Shown here piece by piece: positions 23,868 through 32,900 of a stretch of 64,000 bases of DNA. Location: NCBI GenBank assembly GCA_004431415.1, contig QPMI01000667.1, positions 1 to 64,000 on the forward strand, read 5' to 3'. Position 1 is the first letter of the stretch. Every line of letters begins with the position of its first letter. The notes beneath the pieces are model-generated. The model ran no database searches and was not told the origin of the DNA. It saw only the letters and a list, made by a program, of their open reading frames with translations. The DNA is from Cyanophora paradoxa CCMP329. Lineage: Eukaryota; Plantae; Glaucophyta. Position numbers and translations under genes: made by a program.

Positions 23868-25350
23868 TTATTCGCAAAAGTATTCAATGGCCTGAGCTGT
23901 TTGAGCACGAAATAGCAATAAACAAAATGAAGACATGATGCGCACTTGAGCGTATACATCCGCATGAGCTGCAACTGTGGCATTGATGGGACGTGAGTAT
24001 CCTCCACCAAGTAGGATAACAAGAGCTGAACGATGCTCAATGCATAAATCTGCGTGACTCGATGATTGCAAGTGTGAGTGCCCGCTTCAGATCACAAAAC
24101 AAAAAAACAGGCAGGGTCGTTTCGTCTAAGCAGTCTTTGAGGGCGACTCGGCGAGCCAAAAGCCCAAAACGTCCACGCACTGTAAACAACCTCGTTTCTA
24201 TAATGTAGACCCGAGCGAGTTAATTCAAGCCGCCCAAGAGCATCCTCGTTCAAAGCATCGACACCTGAACACACGCCAGCCCTCGATCTCAGGCTCATGC
24301 TGGAGAGAAGATGAGAAGATAATCATAAAGATACCTGCCTGGAAAAAAACCAATTCGGGCTTGAACTGACTAAAAATGTTGGGCAGATTGGCACAAAGAG
24401 CAGTAAGGTAGTCGCCGTCATCGCACCCGTCTGGAGCCAACCGCACCATCAACAGTGAAGTCCCTTGAACTATTGCTGCAGCGCACCATGGAGACCGACA
24501 TCGAGATCCGAGACCGCCTTCTCAAAGGGATAGTTGTTCTGTGCATGCATTGAGAACGTAAAGACACGTTCGTCCCTCGCGAAAATGGCAGCAGTTCCAT
24601 CGCCCTGGCATATGCATGCTGTGAAATCAGGAAGAAAGAGCATGGTAGGGGGCTTGTGGCACCTGGTGGACATCTAGATCGACGCTGAGAATACGCGACA
24701 CGCCCAGCTCATGCAGGGCGACGTGTGCGGAGATGGCGATGTCGTTGAACGCGCAGAAGCCGCTCCCACCGTCGCGGTGCGCGTGATGGGTCCCTCCTGC
24801 CAGCACGCCAGCCACCCCGCGTTCCACGGCAGCCCTCGTTGCAGCGATAGCCCCGCCAACTGCTCAAGCAATCGTCGATAAGTTTGCAGACGTGAAGAAG
24901 GAGCCTGGAAGTGCGGGCCAGTTGCAAGCTCGCGAGCAACCAGCTGAGGTCCGTACGGCAGTTGCAAGCTCCTCACTTCGGCGTCGCCGAGCTTACCCGA
25001 CACGAAGCGCTCCACGTAATCTGCATTGTGCGCCAGTTTGCAAAATCGGAGCTCCGCGGCGCTTGCGGGGACGAAGATGGCTCGGCCGGCAATGCGTTCG
25101 GCATGCTCCGTATGCCTGTCCTGGAGCGCTTCCCGTACCATGCGGTACTTGTGCATTGGAAAGCGGTGCCCTTGTGGCATTTGTACCTCGACATGATCGC
25201 TGCGCGTAAGTGAGCTCTGAAGAAAAGAAGTGAAAAACATCGCAACCTGTAGAAGAGCTTCACGGGCGCGCGCTGGTCTGTGCCCACACGGATACCGCCG
25301 ACAGATCGAGCCCGCGAGAGAGAACGAAGCCCGCGCGCGAATCGCTTCAT
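23868..25350 (-). CDS. Zn-dependent deacetylase/deacylase, class IV (HDAC11/bacterial-like), with Arg-rich N-terminal presequence
   Basis: HRFPMHKY, LAGGTHHAHRDGGSGFCAFND, VDLDVHQ|GDG, FTFSMH, FFQAG|VD, DALGRL, LGGGYS. N-terminus MKRFARGLRSLSRARSVGG. Confidence 0.9.
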
Positions 25351-25471
25351 GCACACGTCGGTGATGCGCACAGCAGTCTAGCTGCGGTATACGTAGCCCA
25401 AAGCCGCAGTCTGAGCCCGTCTGAGCATAGAGGGGGTACGCCGTACCGTTCCGTTCCCCTGTGTTGCGGCG

Positions 25472-26539
25472 ATGAAGCTCATCCTCGGCTCGACGAGCCG
25501 CTTCCGGAAGGCGGTACTGAAGGACGCTGGCTATGAATTCACCACCGTCTCTCCGGACATCGACGAGAAGCAGGAGGCGCTGCGCGACCCGAATCCAGGT
25601 CTGGCCTTGGAACACGCGGCGCGCATCGGAACGGCGCCGACTTAGCTTGGCCTCAGAGATCATGACCCGCACGATCGCCCGTGCGAAGGCGCTCGCCTGC
25701 CTGGCGCGTCAGCCCGCCTCCGGCCTCTCCGCGCGCGCCTCGCTCACTGGTTTAGCAGGACGAGATTCGGTTCAATCTCGTGAGCTTGGTTTTAGCTTGC
25801 ACGTGCGGCGCCTTCTACGGTGACATCCGCCGCAGTCGGATGAGATTGCGTCGGAGAGCCCGCAGGAGGACTACATTCTGATATGCTCTGACCAGGTGGT
25901 CCGGTGCAATGGCGAGGTGCGGCGCAATCCCGCTCCCCAGCCCTGCAGGCCTTGCAGCCCGCCGACCGTTCTGCACCAGGTCCGCGAGAAGCCGACCAGC
26001 GCAGACGAGGCGCGGAGGTACCTCACGAGCTACACCGAAGGGCACCCCGCGGAGACGGTCACTGCCGTCGTCGTCGTGAACGTGCGCAGTGGTGCGTGCG
26101 GCTGCAGCGCGCGCGCGGCTTCTGCTGCAACAATTGCAAGCGCGACCTCTCACGAGCCCTTGCGGTCTCAGCCAAATTCGTCGAAGGCGTGGACATAGCG
26201 AAGCAGTTCTTCAAGCCGATTCCGGGGGACGTCGTTGAGGCTCTCATCGCGAAGGTTCGAGGTCACAGCGCGAGCCGCCGTCGAGCTTTCCCGCCTGACA
26301 CAACCGGCGTCCGGGGCGCAGGGCGACATCATGCACTGCGCCGGCTCTTTCATGGTAGAGGTACGGCGCTGCACCCCGCGCCAGCGCCCCGCACACGCGC
26401 GGGCAGGCCGAACCCCCCGCAGGACCCGACGCTTGCTCCGTACCTCGGCGAGCGCATCGGCGACGTCGACTCGATTATGGGCCTGCCCTTGGCCCTCTTG
26501 AAGCGCCTCATGTCCGAGGTCTCCAGTGAAAAGGCATAG
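25472..26539 (+). CDS. Maf-family nucleoside triphosphate pyrophosphatase
   Basis: MKLILGSTSRFRK, SPDIDEK, IARAKA, ICSDQVV, REKP, CAGSF, SIMGLP. Confidence 0.92.
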
Positions 26540-26766
26540 CGCGTGCGAGCTGCGCATGCCCGAACGCAGCGCGCGCCAGCTCGAGTTGGTGCTTTCTCGG
26601 CCCTCAGCGAGGTCAGCATGCATGGGGCCAGGCCAGCGCTACGTATACGTATGCGTCTACAAATCTGATCCGGCGGTTATAGAGGGCTACCCCGGCTCTA
26701 GGCTGTCCGCCGCCGTCGCAGCTGATCGAGTCGCGGCTGCGTACGTACGCGGCGGGAGACGGTGGC

Positions 26767-29700
26767 ATGGGCTGCTGCGACAGTCGGCCGCGCACCGATG
26801 GCAGTGGCGTCCCGCCTGCAGCCCGGTTGCGTTCGGCCGTCAAGACCGTCCAGCTCACCGTCGACTTCGAGCCAGGCGTGCAGCAGCCAGGCCCGGCGAA
26901 GCAACAGCTTGGCCAGCGACAGTGTGGCCCGCAGCTGCACGCACATTCGCACTCGAGGAAGCTGAGGCGACGAAAGACCGCCGGGAGACGGAACGAGCGC
27001 CTAATGGCTCGCGCGGCGAGGCGTGCGCGGGCGGAGATTAAGGCCGATGAGGAGTCGGATGAAGGTGCTTCGGAACGCGCGGCGTGCGTCTGACCGGCGC
27101 AAGCTCATCTTGGTCGACGTCCAGATCATCTTGAGCGGGCGCCCTCGAACTCCAGCGCGGGCGCTCGAGCGATCAGCGTCTTCGTATCGTCGACGTTTAG
27201 AGACGGGCACGCCGAGCGCGATGCCATCAACCACAGCGCCGTCCCGCGACTGCGACAGGTGCGGTGCCCGCGCGCGGCGCGGCCGCGGGACGCCCGCACG
27301 CCTGCGCCGCTTCACGGCAGCCGCAGGCGCTCGCTGGTCGAGGTCTCTTTCTGAATGTTGTCGACTTGCGATGGGTGAGCGGCTGCCCGGCGCCTTCTTC
27401 CCTGAGCCCTGGCCCCTGGCCTTACGCACACCACACGCCTCCCTCCCTTCCTCCCCTGCCCCCTTCAGGGAATCACGGAGAAGTCCGCCCAAGGGGGGGA
27501 CGTTGTGAGGCTCTGCTTAAAAGAAGTCTCCCGCTGCTCTTACTTCATCGCGTGCGTGTTCCCTTGAGCTCCCCCCTCTCGCCCCCGTCTCCCGAGCTTA
27601 GCACACGTCCCCCGCAGCTTCCTGAAATGGCGGTACGGGTGGGCCCAGCCGGAGGGCGGCCAGGAGGACTCTCTCCTGGCCGCGTCCCTGCGGGCGGCGG
27701 AGCGCGAGTTCCCGTACGTGAGGGCGTACCCCCACAGTTCCGTGACCGAGCTCGAGGTGCTGCTCGGCGCGTTCCTGGACCCCTTGGTCCGTCTTGCCCC
27801 CCTCCCCCCTCATCTCTTGTACCGTACCCCCGCCGACTCGCCGGGAGGGACGGGAGCGGCTGCGGAGGGAGACGACGCGCTTCTACTTCGCGGCGGCGGC
27901 GGGGCCGGGGGAGGGCGGGGCGGAGGACGCCGGCGAGGGCCCCTGGGCGGCGGCCCGGCTCGAGGCCCTCAAGCGCCGCGTCGCGGGGGCCGGCCTCGCC
28001 GTGCCCCTCCCCGCCTTCGGCTCCCCCGCCGAGCTCGCCGCCGCCGTCCACGACGACCTCCTCGCGGCGCGCGCCCCTCCCGCCCCCCCTTCCTCCTCGG
28101 CACCCCCGAGCGAGCCCCGGGCCCCGCAGATGGTGCTGCGGGACCACCCGCGGGCGGCCCCGCGGACGTGGCTGGAGGAGGCGCGCCTCTCCCACGAGGC
28201 CTTCGCCGCCGCCCGCCGCCGCGTCTACGTGCAGGCCCGCCCCAGCATCTTCGCCCACCTTTGCGGCCCCCTTTCGAGCGTTTCTGGGCGCAGGCGGCGG
28301 GGGCCCTCGGGCCGCTGGACGAGCACGCTGCGGGGCGCACCCCCGAGGCCCTCCTCATCGCCGCCCCCTCCGGCTCCGGTCCCGCCCCCGCCCCGCCCCC
28401 CCGTCCAATCCCCGTCCTCACGCCCCGGTCCCGCAGGCAAGAGCGGTGCGCCGCGCTCCCTTGGTGGCGGTCCGGGCCGCTCCGCGCCAGAGTTGCAGCT
28501 GAGGGGCGGGGGCGGGGTCGGGGTGCCGGCGCAGCGCTGCTGGCGAACTGGGCGGAGAGCTGGGGCCGGCGGAACCCGCGGGACGCCCTCATCCTCCACT
28601 TCGTCGGCGGCTCCGCCCGCGCCGCCCGCCCCGCCAACCTCGTTCAGCGCGCCCGCCCCCTTCCTCCCCTCCCCCGTTCCCTTCCCCCCGCTGAGAGGCG
28701 CTGGGGCAGGCGGGTGGTGGAGGAGGTGCGGGGCCGCTTCCCGCGGGTGCCGCGCTTCGACGCGGCGGCGCCCGAGCACGAGCTCCTCCCGCGCTTCGCC
28801 GCCTGGCTCCCCCGCGCCTCCTCCTCCTTCCGCGCCCGGTCCGCCGCCCCGCGCCCCTCTGCTCCGTGTCGCCCGCAGCGAGCGCGGCGCGGGGCGCGCC
28901 GGGCAGGCTGGTGCTGTGCGTGGACGCCGTGGACCAGTTCCTGGAGCAGGCGGGGGCGGACCCCCTCGCCTGGCTCCCGCGGGGCACCCCCGCCCTCCGC
29001 CTGCTCCTCTCCTGCGCCCCCGGCGAGGCCGCCGCCGCCGCCCGCCTCCGCCGCTGCCGCGAGGTCTCCGTGCGCTCCTCGAAGCCGCCCCCCCCCCCCC
29101 CCCCCCCCCCCCTTGCCCTTAGAGGGGGCAGGTGGCCCCGCTGGGGCGGGCGGAGCGGGAGGAGCTGGTGCGGCGGGACCTGGAGGGGGTGGGGAAGGCG
29201 CTGGCGGGGCCGCGGCTGGCGCGGCTGCTGGAGGCGCCGCAGTGCGCCGTACCCCTATTCGCCGTCGTCCTCCTCGAGCAGCTCAAGGTCCCCCCGCCTC
29301 CGGATCCACGTCGTGTCTATCCCCGCCCCGACCCCGGCCCGCCTCCGCGCAGGCGCACGCGGTGCACGAGACGCTGGACCGGGTGCTGGACGGGCTCCTC
29401 GCCTGCCGCTCGGCGACGGAGCTCTACGCGGGGGCCCTCGCCCGCTGGTCCGCCGCCTTCAGCGAGCCCCTCGTCCGCACCAGCCTCTGCTGCATCCACT
29501 GCTCCCGCGAGGGCCTCGCCGAGGACGAGCTCAAGCTCCTCCTCGGGGTCCGCCCGCCCCCGCCCCGGCCCCGGCCCGGGCCGCCCCGCGGCCTCTGAGC
29601 CTCCCCAGGTGGGCCGCGAGGTCCCCGCCATCGTGTGGGCCGAGTTCCTCGCCTCCGCCGCCTCCCTCCTCATCGACCGCGGCGCGCCCCGCCCCGAAGA

Positions 29701-32625
29701 AGCAGGCCGCCCCCTTCCCCGCGGCTGACCCTCGCGGCGCAGACGGGCTCCTGGGCTTCTTCCACAGGGCGGCGGCGGAGGCGGTGGAGGGGGCCTTCGG
29801 GCTGGGCGACGCGGAGGCGCGGCGGGGCTACCACGCCCTGCTGGGGGCCTTCTTCGCGGGGCAGCCGCCCTCGGAGCGGCAGGCGGAGGAGGGCCCCTTC
29901 CAGCTCGCGGCCGCGGGGGAGGGCGAGCGGGCGGCCGGCATGCTCTCCGACGTCGCCGTCATGCGCCGGCTGCGGCGGCGCAGGACCGACGTCGTGCGCC
30001 TCTGGGTGCAGATCGGGCGCGAGGCCGAGGCGGCGCCCCGCCTCCAGGCCGCCCTCCACGCCGCCCGCCGCGGCGCCGCGGCCGGGGACGGCGCGAGCCG
30101 GGAGCAGGCGGCGGAGGACGAGCGGGAGGCCGGGCGCACCCTGCACGAGATGGGTGCCCCTCGCCCCGTCTCCCGTGCTCCCCCCCGCCCCGTTCCCTCA
30201 GCGTGCGGGGCAGGGCGGCTGCGGGAGGCGGCGCCCTTCCTGGAGCGGGCGCTGGAGCTGCTGCGCGGCGGCTCGGGGCGGGCCCCGGGGCGCCTCGGCG
30301 CCGTCGCCAACGACCTCGCGAACCTGTACGAGGTAGGGAGGGCCGGGGCCTCTAGGCCCCCCGGGCTCCCGCGGGGGCGCGCTGACGGGGCGGAGGACCT
30401 GGGGGAGTACGAGGCGGCGGGGCGGCTCTACGGGGAGGCCCTGCGCGCCCGCGAGGCCGCCCACGGGGCCGCCTCCCACCAGGTCCCCCCACGCCCCGCC
30501 CCGCGCGGCCCCGCCCCGCCCGGCAGGCGCCTGACGGGAGCTGCGGGCAGGTGGCGGAGACGCTGCACGACACGGCGCGGCTCCACCTCAAGCGCGCCGC
30601 CTTCGCCGACGCCGAGCCCCTCCTCCGGGCCCGCCCTCGCCCCCCGCCTCGCATGCACCCCCGTCTGACCCCTTCCCCCCAGCGCGCCCTGGGGCTTCGT
30701 GAGAGCTCCCTCGGCCCCGCGCACTCCGACGGTGCGCCACGCTGCTCCCCCCCCGCCCCTCCCCTCCCCTCCCGCCCTTCACCGCGCGCCAGTGGCGGAG
30801 TCGCTGCTGGTGCTGGCGGAACTGCTCGAGGCGCAGAACCGCTTCGCCGAGGCCGAGCCCCTCTTCACGGTGCCGTACCCCCTGCTTCTGCCCCCCCCCC
30901 CGTCCAAGCCTTCGCTTGACGTACCCCCCTGCGCAGAGGGCGCTGGAGATCCGGGAGGGGGTTCTGGGCGGGGAGCACCCCGAGAGTGCGCTGCCGCTGC
31001 CGCCGGCGGCCGCCCCGCCTCGCGCCCACGCCCACGCCCGGCAGCGGCGGAGGCGATGCGGGGCCTGGCGGAGCTGTGCCGCGAGCAGGGCCGCTTCGCG
31101 CAGGCCGAGGAGCTCTACAGGGCGCGCGCTTTGGGCCCCTCCCCCCCGCCCCCCTGAGGGCCGCCGCAGCGGGCGCTGGGGCTGCAGGAGGGTGCGCTGG
31201 GGGAGGGCCACCCCGACGTGGCGGAGACGGCCACGCACCTCGCCCTCGTCCTCGGCCAGATGGGCCGCTACCCCGAGGCCCACGCCCTCGCCCAGGCGCC
31301 CCCGCCCCCGCCCCGCCCTTCCCCTCCCGCTCCCTCTCAGCCCTCTCGCGGCGCAGCGGGCGCTGGAGCTGCGGGAGGGGCTGCTGGGGCGGGGCCACGC
31401 GGACTGGGCGGAGAGCGCGTGCGTGCTCGCGGAGCTCCTCGAGGCGCGCGGCCTCTTCGCCCGCGCCGAGCCCCTCTTCGCCGTGCGCCCCGCCCCCTCA
31501 CCCCTGCCGCCCATCTCTGAGCGGGGCGCAGGCGGCGCTGGAGGCGCGGGAGCGGGCGCTGGGCCCCGAGCACCCCGACGTCGCCCAGGCACGCTTTACG
31601 GCACCCCCAGGGCCCGGCTCGTTCGCCTGAGCCTCCCCGGCCCTCCCCCCAGACGCTGACGAGCTACGGGGAGCTGTGCCGCGAGCGCGGCGAGCTCGAC
31701 CGCGCCGAGGCCCTCTACAGGGTGCCCGCGGCCATGCCCCCGCATCCTCCTCCTCCTCCTCCGCCCTCCGACCTCGCGCGCGGCAGCGGGCGCTGGGGGT
31801 GCGGGAGCGGGTGCTGGGGGAGGGGGACCCCGACGTGGCGGAGACGGCGAACGACCTCGCGGCCGTGCTCGGGCAGGCCGGCCGCTACGCCGAGGCCGAG
31901 GCCCTCTGCCGCGTCCGCCCTCCCGCCCGCCCCTGCCTCTCAGTCCCGCCCTCTGCTTATCGAGCGCAGCGTGCGCTGGGGATCCGGGTGAGGGTGTTCG
32001 GGGAGGGCCACCCCGAGGTGGCGGACTCGTGGGCCCTCCTCGCCGCCCTCTGCCAGCGCCAGGGCCGCCTCGACGACGCCGAGGCCCTCTACACCGTACC
32101 CCGCCCTCCCTCTCCCCGGCCCTTTAAGGCTTCCCCCTCGCTGACGGGGCGCAGCGGGCGCTGGAGGGGCGGGAGCGTGCGCTGGGGGCGGGCCACCCCG
32201 AGGCGGCGCAGACGTGCGCGGCGCTCGCCGAGCTCTGCCGCCTCCGCGGCGACGCCCCCCGCGCCGAGGCCCTCTACCAGGCGCCCCGCCCCGCGCCCCC
32301 GGCCCCCTCCTAGCCCTGCCTGCGGCCCTGACGCCTCCCCGGCGGCAGCGGCGATCACGGCGCTCGAGAGCGCGCTGGGGGCGCCCACCCGGACCTCGCC
32401 GACGCCCTCCTGGGGTACGGCTCCTTCCTCCTCTGGGCGGGGCGCCCCGCCGAGGCCCCCGCCGCCCTGGAGCGGGCGCTGGGGGCCCTGGAGGAGATCC
32501 TCGGGGCGGGGCACGCGGAGACGCGCGCCGCGGCGGGGCGGCTGGCGGAGGCGTGGGAGGCCCTCGGCAGGGGCCCCGAGGCCGCCGCCCTCCGCGCCCG
32601 CTACCCCGCGCCCCCGCCCGCTTAG
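26767..32625 (+). CDS. DUF4062 + NACHT-type STAND NTPase + TPR-repeat protein (NPHP3/TEP1-like, NLR-like architecture) with N-terminal MGCC
   Basis: VFVSSTFRD..AERD, VDLRW|GI, RYGW and SVTELE (DUF4062); Walker A APSGS|GKS|ALLANW; ILHFVG; Walker B LVLCVDAVDQ; WLP; GLAEDEL; FFH; about 10 42-aa TPRs (RAL.IRE..LG.EHPDVA). Two apparent 1-nt deletions near 32350-32385. Confidence 0.88.
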
Positions 32626-32714
32626 CCGCGCCCCGCCGCTCTCGTCGGTGCCGCAGCCCGGCTGCAGATGCCGGCGCTGTACGAGTTTTCATAGCGCCAA
32701 TACACTGTGACAGG

Positions 32715-32838
32715 TTTTATTAGCCTAGTGACGCCAATATTAGTACGGATTTCAAGTTGAGTACCGTAGTCCTTAGTACCTATTAGTACGGACTTTTTTA
32801 TTAGCGCCGGTATTATTCACGAGTATGGATTTCAAGTT
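32715..32838. repeat. Degenerate direct repeats in the AT-rich spacer between convergent genes
   Basis: ttttattagc x2, tattagtacgga x2 (32738, 32781), agtaYggatttcaagtt x2 (32742, 32822). Confidence 0.6.
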
Positions 32839-32900
32839 TCTAGTCTAGTCAGAGTCGCTGTATCATAGTATTCGGATGCAAGGCTCCTAGGCCTAGCTAG

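Noticed and set aside
32345-32390. Frameshifts in the last TPR exon (similar ones near 34430, 34765, 43650 and 58700-59090) suggesting pseudogenes or programmed frameshifting
   Set aside because: They fall in or next to G/C runs and look like single-base deletions typical of long-read consensus errors. Flanking motifs are intact. Accurate reads are needed to settle it.
32715-32838. CRISPR-like spaced repeats
   Set aside because: Only 2-3 degenerate copies with irregular spacing, in a eukaryotic context with no cas genes.
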